Shown: positions 16,110-25,390, counted from the first letter of the stretch. The stretch: 64,000 bases of DNA from Acidimicrobiales bacterium (GCA_965116965.1 OZ220743.1:3792418-3856417); one strand, 5' to 3'. Notes: generated by a model from the sequence alone, not told the origin. Made by a program: numbers and translations.

Positions 16110-19100
16110 ATGACTGAAGGCGGCGGCAAGCCGTATCCCGAGGTCGGCAGCCCCGATTTCCCGGCCATCGAGCGCCGGATTCTGGCTCGCTGGAAGGCCG
16201 AGGGGACCTTCGAGCAGTCGGTGATGGCGCGGCCCCCCGAACGGGACTGGGTCTTCTACGACGGCCCGCCGTTCGCCAACGGGCTCCCCCACCACGGCCA
16301 CCTCCTCACCGGCTACGTCAAGGATGTCGTGCCCCGGTACCAGACCATGCGGGGCAACCGGGTGGACCGGCGCTTCGGGTGGGACTGCCACGGGCTGCCG
16401 GCCGAGATGGAGACCGAGCGCGAGCTGGGGGTGGCCGGCCGGGCCGCCGTCCAGTCGTTCGGCATAGCCGAGTTCAACCAGCGCTGCCGCCAGTCCGTCG
16501 TCCGCTACACGCAGGAGTGGGAGGACACGGTCACTCGCCAGGCCCGCTGGGTCGACTTCGGCAACGACTACAAGACCATGGACCTGACCTATATGGAGTC
16601 GGTCATGTGGGCCTTCGCCCAACTCCATCGCAAGGGACTGGTGTACGAGGCGTACCGGGTCATGCCGTACTCATGGGGGGCCGAGACACCCCTGTCGAAC
16701 TTCGAGATCCGTCTCGACGACGCCACCCGGCCCCGCCAGGACCCGGCCATCACCGTGGCGTTCGACCTGGTGCCGGCGCCCGGCGACCCCGGGCCGATGC
16801 GCATGCTGGCCTGGACCACCACTCCGTGGACGCTGCCGTCGAACCTGGTGCTGGCGGTGGGCCCCGACATCTCCTACGCAGTGATGGCGCAGGACGGCGT
16901 CCACTACGTGCTGGCCGCCGACAGGGTGGCCGCCTACGACGCCCAGCTGTCGCAGGCCCGCCTCGTCGGAACGGTTCTGGGCGCCGAGCTGGTGGGCCGC
17001 AGCTACGTCCCGCTGTTCGACTTCTTCGCCCACCGCACCGAGGCCTTCCGGGTGCTGGCCGGCGACTTCGTCGACACCGCCGAGGGCACCGGCATCGTCC
17101 ATGCCGCCCCCGGCTTCGGCGCCGAGGACCAGGAGGTGTGCGAGGCCAACGGCATCGCCATCGCCGACGCCGTGCCGGTCGACGACCGCGGGCGGTTCAC
17201 CGAGCCCGTGTCCATGTGGGCCGGAACCAACGTGTTCGAGGCCAACGCACCGATCATCCGCCATCTCAAGGCCGAGGGCCGCATCGTCCGCCATGACAGC
17301 TACGAGCACAACTACCCGTACTGCTGGCGCACCGACACCCCCGTCATCTACCGGGCCATCAACAGCTGGTACGTGGAGGTGACCGCCATCCGGGACCGGC
17401 TGATGGATCTGAACCAGCAGATCAACTGGGTGCCGGACCACGTGCGCGACGGCAGGTTCGGCATGTGGCTCGAAGGCGCCCGCGACTGGTCGATCAGCCG
17501 CAACCGGTTCTGGGGCTCGCCCATACCGGTGTGGCGCAGCGACGACCCCGATTACCCCCGCATCGACGTGTACGGGTCGCTCGACGAGCTCGAGCGCGAC
17601 TTCGGTGTGCGCCCCGACGACCTGCACCGGCCCTTCATCGACGCCCTCACCCGCCCCAACCCCGACGACCCCACCGGACGGTCGACGATGCGGCGGGTGC
17701 CCGAGGTGCTCGACTGCTGGTTCGAGTCGGGATCGATGCCCTTCGCTCAGGTGCACTACCCCTTCGAGAACACCGAGTGGTTCGAGAGCCACTTCCCCGC
17801 CGACTTCATCGTGGAGTACATCAACCAGACCCGGGGCTGGTTCTACACCTTGCACGTGCTGGCCGGGGCGCTGTTCGACCGGCCCGCCTTCTCCAACGTG
17901 ATCTGCCACGGCATCCTGCTGGCGGCCGACGGCGCCAAGCTCTCCAAGAAACTGCGCAACTACACCGAGCCCACCGACATCTTCGAGGACCAGGGCGCCG
18001 ACGCCCTGCGCTGGTACCTGATGGCGGCCAACATCGTGCGGGGCGGCGACCTGCGGATCAACGACGACGGCATCGACGAGGTCACCCGCCAGATCCTGCT
18101 GCCCGTCTGGAACGCCTATTCGTTCTTCACCATGTACGCCAACGCCGAGGGCTACACCGCCCAGCGACGCACCGACAGCGACGACGTGCTCGACCGGTAC
18201 GTACTGGCCCGGACCCGCACGCTGGTGGAACGGGTCGCCGAGCGGATGGACTCCTACGACCTGCCCGGCGGCGCGGCCGAGATCGCGACCTTCATCGACG
18301 CCTTGAACAACCGGTACATCCGCCGCTCCCGGGACCGCTTCTGGAACGCGGGCGGCGCCGACACCGACCGGGCCGCCTTCGACACCCTCTACGTGGTGCT
18401 CACCACCCTGACCAGGGTGGCCGCGCCGTTCCTGCCCATGATCGCCGAGGAGATCCACGGCGGGATCGGTGGCGGCGCCTCGGTGCACCTGGCCGACTGG
18501 CCCGACCCCGACGCCGAGGGGCTGCCCGCCGACGACGCGCTGGTTGCTCGCATGGAGCGCCTGCGCGACGCGGCCTCGGCTGCGCTGCGGGTGCGGGAGG
18601 ACGCCGGCCTGCGGGTGCGCCTGCCGCTGGCGCGAGCCACCGTGGCCGGCGAGGGTGCCGAGGATCTGTCCCCGCTGGCCGATCTGCTGGCCGACGAGAT
18701 CAATGTCAAGTCGGTAGTGCTGACCGACGACCTCGCGGCGCACGCCTCCCTGGTGCTGCGGCCCAACGGCTCGGTGCTGGGACCCCGTCTCGGCGGGTCG
18801 GTGCAGGAGGTGTTCAAGGCGGCCCGCTCCGGCGACTGGACCCGCAACGACGACGGAACCGTGACCGCGGCCGGCCACGAGCTGGAGGCGGGCAGCTTCG
18901 AGTTGGCCGTAGAGGCGTCGGAGGGCGGCACGGCCGCCGGGCTGCAGTCCGGCGACGCGGTGGTCGTGCTCGACACCGCAGTCACCCCGGAGCTGGAGGC
19001 CGAAGGCTGGGCCCGCGACGCGGTGCGGGTTATCCAGGACTGCCGTCGCATCGACGGCTACGTGGTGACCGACCGCATCCATGTGTCGCTGGCGCTGGCC

Positions 19101-19352
19101 TCAGCCGAGCAGGCCGCGGCCGTGGAACACTGGCGCGACTACGTGGCCGAGCAGGTGCTCGCCACCGACTTGGAGGTCGCCGAGTTCGATGAAGGTGACG
19201 CGGCCGGAGCAGCCGGATCCAGCGCGACGAGCCGCTGGCTGGCGGGCTTCGTCGCCCATGACGTCACCATCGACGGCCAGCCGGCCCGCTGCGACCTGGC
19301 TCCCAGCTCAACCGAGCCGCGCCAACCCGGCGACAGCACCCGTCAACACTGA
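16110..19352 (+). CDS. ileS: isoleucine--tRNA ligase
   Basis: 1080 aa with 'PPFANGLPHHGHLLTGY' (HIGH), 'KLSKKLRNY' (KMSKS), a CP1 editing domain and a long C-terminal extension as in type-2 (eukaryote-like) IleRS. Confidence 0.97.
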   Translation: MTEGGGKPYPEVGSPDFPAIERRILARWKAEGTFEQSVMARPPERDWVFYDGPPFANGLPHHGHLLTGYVKDVVPRYQTMRGNRVDRRFGWDCHGLPAEMETERELGVAGRAAVQSFGIAEFNQRCRQSVVRYTQEWEDTVTRQARWVDFGNDYKTMDLTYMESVMWAFAQLHRKGLVYEAYRVMPYSWGAETPLSNFEIRLDDATRPRQDPAITVAFDLVPAPGDPGPMRMLAWTTTPWTLPSNLVLAVGPDISYAVMAQDGVHYVLAADRVAAYDAQLSQARLVGTVLGAELVGRSYVPLFDFFAHRTEAFRVLAGDFVDTAEGTGIVHAAPGFGAEDQEVCEANGIAIADAVPVDDRGRFTEPVSMWAGTNVFEANAPIIRHLKAEGRIVRHDSYEHNYPYCWRTDTPVIYRAINSWYVEVTAIRDRLMDLNQQINWVPDHVRDGRFGMWLEGARDWSISRNRFWGSPIPVWRSDDPDYPRIDVYGSLDELERDFGVRPDDLHRPFIDALTRPNPDDPTGRSTMRRVPEVLDCWFESGSMPFAQVHYPFENTEWFESHFPADFIVEYINQTRGWFYTLHVLAGALFDRPAFSNVICHGILLAADGAKLSKKLRNYTEPTDIFEDQGADALRWYLMAANIVRGGDLRINDDGIDEVTRQILLPVWNAYSFFTMYANAEGYTAQRRTDSDDVLDRYVLARTRTLVERVAERMDSYDLPGGAAEIATFIDALNNRYIRRSRDRFWNAGGADTDRAAFDTLYVVLTTLTRVAAPFLPMIAEEIHGGIGGGASVHLADWPDPDAEGLPADDALVARMERLRDAASAALRVREDAGLRVRLPLARATVAGEGAEDLSPLADLLADEINVKSVVLTDDLAAHASLVLRPNGSVLGPRLGGSVQEVFKAARSGDWTRNDDGTVTAAGHELEAGSFELAVEASEGGTAAGLQSGDAVVVLDTAVTPELEAEGWARDAVRVIQDCRRIDGYVVTDRIHVSLALASAEQAAAVEHWRDYVAEQVLATDLEVAEFDEGDAAGAAGSSATSRWLAGFVAHDVTIDGQPARCDLAPSSTEPRQPGDSTRQH

Positions 19353-19385
19353 CCGTCGGCGAAGGCACCGGCTGGAGTAGACCGG

Positions 19386-19550
19386 TCAGGACTGCTTGCG
19401 GGCCTTCTCGTGGCCCTCGGCGAGTTCCTTTCCCGCAACCTCGTCCAGCCCGCGGATAGCGGCGTCGCGGGTCACCACCATCACCGGCCTGCGCACGTCC
19501 TCTGACTCGGCCCACCAGGTCTCGCCGCGGGCGGGAGTCATCGCGGCCAC
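19386..19550 (-). pseudogene. truncated MazF toxin (54 codons), paralog set copy 2
   Basis: Manual translation gives VAAMTPARGETWWAESEDVRRPVMVVTRDAAI|RGLDEVAGKELAEGHEKARKQS*. The first 32 aa match copy 1 (28/32), then unrelated sequence and a stop follow. The 40-nt spacing to its antitoxin is the same as in copy 1. Confidence 0.65.
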
Positions 19551-19590
19551 TCGGCGCGCCGCGCCGGCGGCCGCCCTAGCGCCAGCCCCG

Positions 19591-19839
19591 TCACCACGGC
19601 TCCTCGGCGATCATCGCAGCAGCTCCGCTGTCGGCCCAGGCCAGCTCCTCGTCAGTCTGAGGGATGCGCTGGTAGCCCTCCACGATCGCCGCCCCGATGC
19701 GACGCCGCCGCTCCGAGTCGATCCAGCGCTCGAGAGCGCTTCGAACCGCGTCCGACCGCGAGGACGCCAAGCCGCAGTCGACAAGCTCGTCAACCCCGGC
19801 CGCGAGCTCGTCGCTCACGCGCGTAACCAGTTGTACCAT
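19591..19839 (-). CDS. ribbon-helix-helix antitoxin, paralog set copy 2
   Basis: 82 aa, 72/82 identical (manual alignment) to the 14125..14373 product. Confidence 0.8.
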   Translation of the reverse strand: MVQLVTRVSDELAAGVDELVDCGLASSRSDAVRSALERWIDSERRRRIGAAIVEGYQRIPQTDEELAWADSGAAAMIAEEPW

Positions 19840-19938
19840 GCAAATAGCATACTATTTTGAAGGTCAATTCGCATTGCAAGGCTCCACGAGCGATGCGCCA
19901 CAAGCGAACGGGGTTGTAAGACTCGGTATAGTCACTGT

Positions 19939-20190
19939 ATGACGATGTTGACGTGCCGGATGGCAGACGCGGAAGCCAGCCGAATTCGAGAGGCGGCCGA
20001 GTCGCTCGGAGTGTCCGTGTCAGAGATGATCCGCGAGGCGCTGCGTCGTTATCTCAACTCCGTCGGGGCGGAGCGCGACGCGGAGATCTACGAAATGTCG
20101 CCGCTGCGGCCCGACGAGCTGTCGTTCATCGGTGCTGAGAGTTGGGGGCCGGCTGAGGACTGGTCCGACTGGGCGGATGCGTCGAGGTGA
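19939..20190 (+). CDS. ribbon-helix-helix antitoxin
   Basis: 83 aa. 'EASRIREAAESLGVSVSEMIREALRRYL' is the RHH core. Overlaps the downstream MazF gene. Confidence 0.75.
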   Translation: MTMLTCRMADAEASRIREAAESLGVSVSEMIREALRRYLNSVGAERDAEIYEMSPLRPDELSFIGAESWGPAEDWSDWADASR

Positions 20191-20485
20191 GATCTGGTTC
20201 GCCGCGGCTCCCGACGGCGACCGGCCTGTGCTAGTGCTGACACGCGACCCCGTTGCGGACCGCATCGGCTCGGTGGTCGTCGCGGAACTCACACGAACTC
20301 GCCGGGGCTTGATCTCCGAGCTGCCGCTCACCGCAGGTTTCGACGGCGTTCCGTCCGACAGCGTCGTTAACTTCGACGCCCTCCATACCTTGCCCCGAAC
20401 CGCCTTCCGGCGACGCGTGGCGCAACTGAGCGAGGCACGCCTAGAAGAGGCGTGCCAGACGCTGAAGGCCGCGACAGGCTGCTGA
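20177..20485 (+). CDS. MazF/PemK-family toxin
   Basis: ATG 20177 gives 'MRRGEIWFAAAPDGDRPVLVLTRD...VVVAELTRTRRGLISELPL...VNFDALHTLPRTAF'. Overlaps the antitoxin stop. Confidence 0.85.
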   Translation: MRRGEIWFAAAPDGDRPVLVLTRDPVADRIGSVVVAELTRTRRGLISELPLTAGFDGVPSDSVVNFDALHTLPRTAFRRRVAQLSEARLEEACQTLKAATGC

Positions 20486-20525
20486 CTGGCGCCCAGTCCG
20501 CGACCACACAGGAGCGGGCCTCAAG

Positions 20526-20597
20526 TCACCATGTCTCCTCCGCGATCATCGCGCCGGCGGCACTGTCGGCCCAGGCCAATTCCTCCTCGTCTGCGGG
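20526..20597 (-). pseudogene. C-terminal relic (23 codons plus stop) of a third copy of the RHH antitoxin
   Basis: Encodes 'PADEEELAWADSAAGAMIAEETW*' versus 'PQTDEELAWADSGAAAMIAEEPW*' in the intact copies. No N-terminal RHH part is present. Confidence 0.55.
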
Positions 20598-20605
20598 CTG
20601 CGCTC

Positions 20606-21592
20606 TTAGCCCTCGACGGTCGCGTCGTCGAGGCGGCGGCCGTCCTCTACCAGGTTGATCTCCCAGATCACCTTGTCCAACGCGTCGGACGAAGCGATCG
20701 TGGGGAACCTCAGAGGATGCTCGTCGGTCACGCACGTCGGCAGCGGCGACAGGATCGTCCACGGCGTGGGATGGGCGAACTGGACCACCGAGTAGCGGTC
20801 TCCGGCCTGGCCCTCGGTGGCCATCACCCGATGGATCCCGGCGCCGATCACGCCGTTGGTGAGGTGCTCCAGCATCATGCCGGTGTTGATGATGGCGCTG
20901 CCGGTGGGCGGGATGGCGTCGACCCAGCCGCCACCGGTCCGCACCTGCAAGCCCGGTGCGGTGGCCCGGGGAAGCATGGTGATGAGGTTGATGTCGCCGT
21001 GCTCGGCCGCCCACATGAAGCCGTCTGAGGGCGCGGTCTTCATGGGCGGGTAGTGGATGGCCCGGTTGAGGGTCGCGCCGTGCTCGAGCATGACGTCGAA
21101 GAACTCCTCGTGGATACCCAAACCGACCGCGATCACCCGCAGCACCCGGCGCTGGATATCGAGCACGGAGGCATGGAACGAGAGCAGCAGCTCGGTGACG
21201 CCCGGCTGGTCGTCCTCGGGCAGGGTGGGTGGCCCGTAGCGGTGGGGATATCGCTGGCGGAGCGGGTGGCCCGGCGGCGCGGGCTCGCCCCAGTTGAGCA
21301 TCTCCTTGAGGTCGGGGACGTCGGAGATGGCGGCCGTCTCGGTCATCATCGGCGTATAGCCGGTCTGGCCGTGGGAACCGGCCACGATGTAGCGCTCCTT
21401 GCGGCCCTGGGGCAGTTTGAAGAACGCCTCCAGCTGCCCGTAGGCCTCGTCGATGACGCCCGCGCCCAGGTCGTGGGCCACATAGACGAAGCCGGTGGCC
21501 AGGCTGCGCATCACCCCGTCCACCACTGCGTCACGCTGGGCTCGGCTGCCCTGCTCGAAAGCCACCAGATCGACGTCGAGTATCCCCACCAC
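20606..21592 (-). CDS. 2-oxoglutarate/Fe(II)-dependent oxygenase (isopenicillin N synthase-like family)
   Basis: 'GFVYVAHDLG', 'RAIHYPP', 'AAEHGDINLITML' (HxD), 'GIHRV' (distal His) and 'RYSVVQF' (Arg). GTG 21592 or 21589 is preferred over the longest start at 21661. Confidence 0.8.
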   Translation of the reverse strand: MVGILDVDLVAFEQGSRAQRDAVVDGVMRSLATGFVYVAHDLGAGVIDEAYGQLEAFFKLPQGRKERYIVAGSHGQTGYTPMMTETAAISDVPDLKEMLNWGEPAPPGHPLRQRYPHRYGPPTLPEDDQPGVTELLLSFHASVLDIQRRVLRVIAVGLGIHEEFFDVMLEHGATLNRAIHYPPMKTAPSDGFMWAAEHGDINLITMLPRATAPGLQVRTGGGWVDAIPPTGSAIINTGMMLEHLTNGVIGAGIHRVMATEGQAGDRYSVVQFAHPTPWTILSPLPTCVTDEHPLRFPTIASSDALDKVIWEINLVEDGRRLDDATVEG

Positions 21593-21765
21593 ACGGCACG
21601 CTAGCCGCGAACAGCCGGGGCGGACCCCCTCTGACGTGGGACGCGAGTGGTGATTTGACACGCGTGTAGTTACGGTGCTGTAATTCAGTGTCCGAGGCTT
21701 TGGCCGGTCTGAAGCGGGGCCACAGCGGACGGGGACACCCAGGAACCGTATGAGGAGGCATTGAC

Positions 21766-24198
21766 GTGACGATGATCCAGGACCGGCTGACCTCCGTCAC
21801 CGACATGCCTGCGGCTGCATCGACGTCCACAACCATGAGGGTGCGCAAGCGCAACGGCAATCTCGAGCCGGTCGACGTGAACAAGATCGTCAACGCCGTG
21901 GCCCGGGCGGCCGAGGGCCTGCTCGGCGTCGATCCGCTGACGGTCAGCACCCGCACCATCGCCGCCCTCGCCGACGGCGCCACCACCCGCGAGCTCGACG
22001 AGTTGAGCATCCGCACCGCGGCCGGGCTCATCGTGGAGGAGCCCAACTACTCGAAGCTCGCGGCCCGCATGCTGGCCACCTACATCGACAAGGAAGTCCG
22101 CAACCAGAACATCCCGTGGTTCTCCGAGGCCATGGAGACCGGACACCGGCTCGGGCTGATCGGCGACGAGACCGCGGAGTTCGTGCGGGCGCACTCCCCC
22201 GCGCTGAACGCGGCCATCGACTCCGGCCGTGACCGCAACTTCGAGTTCTTCGGGCTGCGCACGGTTTACGACCGCTACCTGCTGCGCCATCCCGACACCC
22301 GGCTGGTGATCGAGACCCCGCAGTACTTCATGCTCCGCGTGGCCTGCGGGCTGAGCACGAACCCCGACGAGGCCGTCGAGTTCTACGACCTGATCTCGTC
22401 GCTGGCCTACCTTCCGTCGAGCCCCACCCTGTTCAACTCGGGGACGATGCACCCGCAGATGTCGAGCTGCTACCTGCTCGACTCTCCTGAGGACTCCCTG
22501 GAGGGCATCTACCAGCGCTACACCGACATCGCCCGCCTCTCGAAGTACGCGGGGGGCATCGGGGTCGGCTGGCACCGCGTCCGCTCGAAGGGATCGCTGA
22601 TACGGGGAACCAACGGGCTGTCCAACGGCATCGTGCCGTGGCTCAAGACCCTCGACTCGTCGGTGGCCGCCGTCAACCAGGGCGGCCGGCGCAAGGGCGC
22701 GGCCTGCGTCTACCTCGAGACCTGGCACGCAGACGTCGAGCAGTTCCTGGAGCTGCGCGACAACACCGGCGACCACGCCCGCCGCACCCACAACATCAAC
22801 CTCGCCAACTGGGTGCCCGACCTCTTCATGGAGCGCGTGGAGCTGGACTGGCGGTGGAGCCTGTTCGACCCCAAGAAGGTGCCCGAGCTCACCGACACCT
22901 ACGGCGACGAGTTCCGAGCCATCTACGAGCAGGCCGAGGCCGACGGGCGTTACGAGATGCAGGTTCCGGCCCGCCAGCTGTACACGCGGATGATGCGGAC
23001 CCTGGCCGAGACCGGAAACGGCTGGATGACGTTCAAGGACGCCTCCAACGCCAAGTGCAACCAGACGGGCCCAGGGACGGGCGGCGATGCCAACTCACGC
23101 GACCGGGTCGTGCACCTGTCCAACCTGTGCACCGAGATCATCGAGGTGACCAGCGCCGGCGAGACCGCGGTGTGCAACCTCGGATCAGTCAACCTCGGCG
23201 CGTTCGTTCAGCGGGCGGCGGGCTCCAACGGCAGTGCTCCGGTGCACTTCGACTTCGAGCGGCTCGGCGAGGTGGTGCGCCTGGTGGTCGGCTTCCTCGA
23301 CCGCGTCATCGACATCAACTACTACCCGACCGAGGAGTCGGCGGCCTCCAACCGCCGCTGGCGCCCGGTGGGGCTGGGCCTAATGGGCCTGCAGGACGTG
23401 TTCTTCAAGCTGGGCCTGGCCTTCGACTCCGCCGAGGCCCGCCGCCTCAGCCGCCGCATCTCCGAGGAGATCTACTTCAACGCCCTGTTGGCCTCCACCG
23501 AGCTGGCCGAGGCTGGCGGGGCCCATCCCGGCTTCGCCGACACCCGGGCCGCGGCCGGCGATCTGCAGTTCGACCTCTGGAACGCCGAACCGTCCGACCC
23601 CGACCGCTGGAGTCCGCTGCGCGAACGGATCGCAGAGCACGGTCTGCGCAACTCCCTGCTCATCGCCATCGCCCCGACGGCCACCATCGCGGCCATCGCC
23701 GGCTGCTACGAGTGCATCGAGCCCCAGGTGTCGAACCTGTTCAAACGCGAGACCCTCTCCGGCGAGTTCATGCAGGTGAACCGGTACCTGGTGGCCGAGC
23801 TGAAGGCCCGGGGCCTGTGGGACGACAAGATGATCGCCGACGTCAAGAAGGCCGAAGGCTCGATTCAGCAGATCGATCGCATACCCGAGGACCTGCGGAC
23901 CGTCTACCGCACCGCCTGGGAGATATCGCAGCGCTCCCTCATCGAGATGGCCGCGGACCGGGGCGCCTTCATCGACCAGAGCCAGTCGCTCAACCTCTTC
24001 ATGGAGGCCCCGACCATCGGGAAGCTGTCGTCGATGTACATGCACGCCTGGAAGCAGGGCCTCAAGACCACCTACTACCTGCGCTCGAGGCCGAAGACGC
24101 GCATCAACCAGACCACCACCAACGGCTCGGGGGCCTCCGATGACGAGGCCGTGGCCTGCTCCCTGGAGAACCCTGAGACCTGCGAGGCATGCGACTGA
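21766..24198 (+). CDS. nrdA: ribonucleoside-diphosphate reductase, alpha subunit (class I)
   Basis: 810 aa. ATP-cone-like 'VRKRNGNLEPVDVNKI', catalytic 'SNLCTEI' and 'NLGSVNL', C-terminal 'CSLENPETCEAC' redox tail. SD GAGGAGG lies 7 nt upstream of GTG 21766. Confidence 0.95.
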   Translation: MTMIQDRLTSVTDMPAAASTSTTMRVRKRNGNLEPVDVNKIVNAVARAAEGLLGVDPLTVSTRTIAALADGATTRELDELSIRTAAGLIVEEPNYSKLAARMLATYIDKEVRNQNIPWFSEAMETGHRLGLIGDETAEFVRAHSPALNAAIDSGRDRNFEFFGLRTVYDRYLLRHPDTRLVIETPQYFMLRVACGLSTNPDEAVEFYDLISSLAYLPSSPTLFNSGTMHPQMSSCYLLDSPEDSLEGIYQRYTDIARLSKYAGGIGVGWHRVRSKGSLIRGTNGLSNGIVPWLKTLDSSVAAVNQGGRRKGAACVYLETWHADVEQFLELRDNTGDHARRTHNINLANWVPDLFMERVELDWRWSLFDPKKVPELTDTYGDEFRAIYEQAEADGRYEMQVPARQLYTRMMRTLAETGNGWMTFKDASNAKCNQTGPGTGGDANSRDRVVHLSNLCTEIIEVTSAGETAVCNLGSVNLGAFVQRAAGSNGSAPVHFDFERLGEVVRLVVGFLDRVIDINYYPTEESAASNRRWRPVGLGLMGLQDVFFKLGLAFDSAEARRLSRRISEEIYFNALLASTELAEAGGAHPGFADTRAAAGDLQFDLWNAEPSDPDRWSPLRERIAEHGLRNSLLIAIAPTATIAAIAGCYECIEPQVSNLFKRETLSGEFMQVNRYLVAELKARGLWDDKMIADVKKAEGSIQQIDRIPEDLRTVYRTAWEISQRSLIEMAADRGAFIDQSQSLNLFMEAPTIGKLSSMYMHAWKQGLKTTYYLRSRPKTRINQTTTNGSGASDDEAVACSLENPETCEACD

Positions 24199-25325
24199 TG
24201 GCCATCACCGACGTCTCAGTCGAGCCTCTCGATCTCCCGGGCCGGGACTCTGCCGTCCCCGCCCCTCCCGCAGGCTTTCAGCCTGAAACGGAGGCCGAGC
24301 CCCGGCCCGGGCAACCCTCGCACCGGCCCAACATCCTGGATCCGGGCTTCGACCTGACGCTGCGACCCATGCGCTACCCGCAGTTCTTCGAGATGTACCG
24401 CGACGCCATCAAGAACACCTGGACGGTCGACGAGATCGACTTCTCCGACGACCTGGTCGACCTGGACCGCAAGCTCATGCCGGCCGAGAAGCATCTGATA
24501 CGCCGGCTGGTGGCCTTCTTCGCCACCGGCGACTCGATCGTGGCCAATAACCTGGTCCTGAACCTCTACGAGCACATCAACGCGCCCGAGGCCCGGATGT
24601 ACCTGTCTCGCCAGCTCTTCGAGGAGGCGCTGCACGTGCAGTTCTACCTGAACCTGCTCGACAACTACATCCCCGACCACGACGAGCGGGCGGAAGCCTT
24701 CGCCGCCATCGAGAACATCCCTTCCATACGGGCCAAGGCCGAGTTCTGCTTCAAGTGGATGGACTCGGTCGGAGACGGGCCGCTGCGCACCGCAGACGAC
24801 CGCCGCCGCTTCCTGATGAACCTGATCTGCTTCGCGGCCTGCATCGAGGGCCTGTTCTTCTTCGCCGCGTTCGCCTACGTGTACTTCCTGCGGTCCAAGG
24901 GTCTGCTCAACGGGCTGGCCGCCGGCACCAACTGGGTGTTCCGCGACGAGTCGATGCACATGAACTTCGCCTTCGAGGTGATCCGCACGGTGCGCAACGA
25001 GGAGCCCGAACTGTTCGACGAGGAACTGAGCCGGGACATCAGCGACATGCTGGCCGAGGCGGTGGACGCCGAGCACCAGTTCGCGGCGGACCTGCTGGGC
25101 GAGGGCGTGCCCGGCATGTCGGTGGCCGACACCCGCTCGTACCTGGAGTACGTGGCCGACCAGCGCCTGATGCAGCTCGGCCTGCGGAGGCGATTCGGCA
25201 GCCGCAACCCGTTCTCGTTCATGGAGCTTCAGGACGTGCAGGAGCTGTCAAACTTCTTCGAGCGCACCGTGTCCGCCTACCAGGTGGGCGTGGAGGGCGA
25301 GGTCTCCTTCGACGAGGACTTCTGA
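24189..25325 (+). CDS. nrdB: ribonucleoside-diphosphate reductase, beta subunit (class Ia-like, tyrosyl-radical type)
   Basis: Metal ligands 'FFATGDS', 'EEALHVQFY' (E-x-x-H then Tyr at the radical position), 'CIEGLFFF', 'RDESMHMNF'. The start may be ATG 24198 (TGATG overlap with the alpha-subunit stop). Confidence 0.95.
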   Translation: MRLMAITDVSVEPLDLPGRDSAVPAPPAGFQPETEAEPRPGQPSHRPNILDPGFDLTLRPMRYPQFFEMYRDAIKNTWTVDEIDFSDDLVDLDRKLMPAEKHLIRRLVAFFATGDSIVANNLVLNLYEHINAPEARMYLSRQLFEEALHVQFYLNLLDNYIPDHDERAEAFAAIENIPSIRAKAEFCFKWMDSVGDGPLRTADDRRRFLMNLICFAACIEGLFFFAAFAYVYFLRSKGLLNGLAAGTNWVFRDESMHMNFAFEVIRTVRNEEPELFDEELSRDISDMLAEAVDAEHQFAADLLGEGVPGMSVADTRSYLEYVADQRLMQLGLRRRFGSRNPFSFMELQDVQELSNFFERTVSAYQVGVEGEVSFDEDF

Positions 25326-25390
25326 CACCGGCCGAGCCTCGCCGGGGCGGCCCGTTTCCGATCGACGGATCCCGTGATACACAAAGCGTC

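Noticed and set aside
16671-19082. 803-aa ORF antisense to ileS, and similar long antisense or alternative-frame ORFs elsewhere (4021-4926, 4044-5009, 5162-7003, 7403-8350, 8953-10953, 9546-11087, 17465-19192, 21685-22791, 22638-24143, 40236-41837, 44608-45918, 49933-51411, 52470-54107, 58699-60108, 61315-62805 and others)
   Set aside because: These are shadow ORFs, as expected in high-G+C DNA. Their products are Arg/Gly/Pro/Ala-rich low-complexity sequences without motifs, and they lie opposite or out of frame to genes with unambiguous family signatures.
21662-21765. NrdR boxes or a B12 riboswitch controlling the nrd operon
   Set aside because: No pair of 16-bp A/T-centred palindromes at the usual 31-32-bp spacing is present, and the leader (~100 nt) is far too short for a cobalamin riboswitch. 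Only the 10-bp palindrome is reported, as a low-interest finding.
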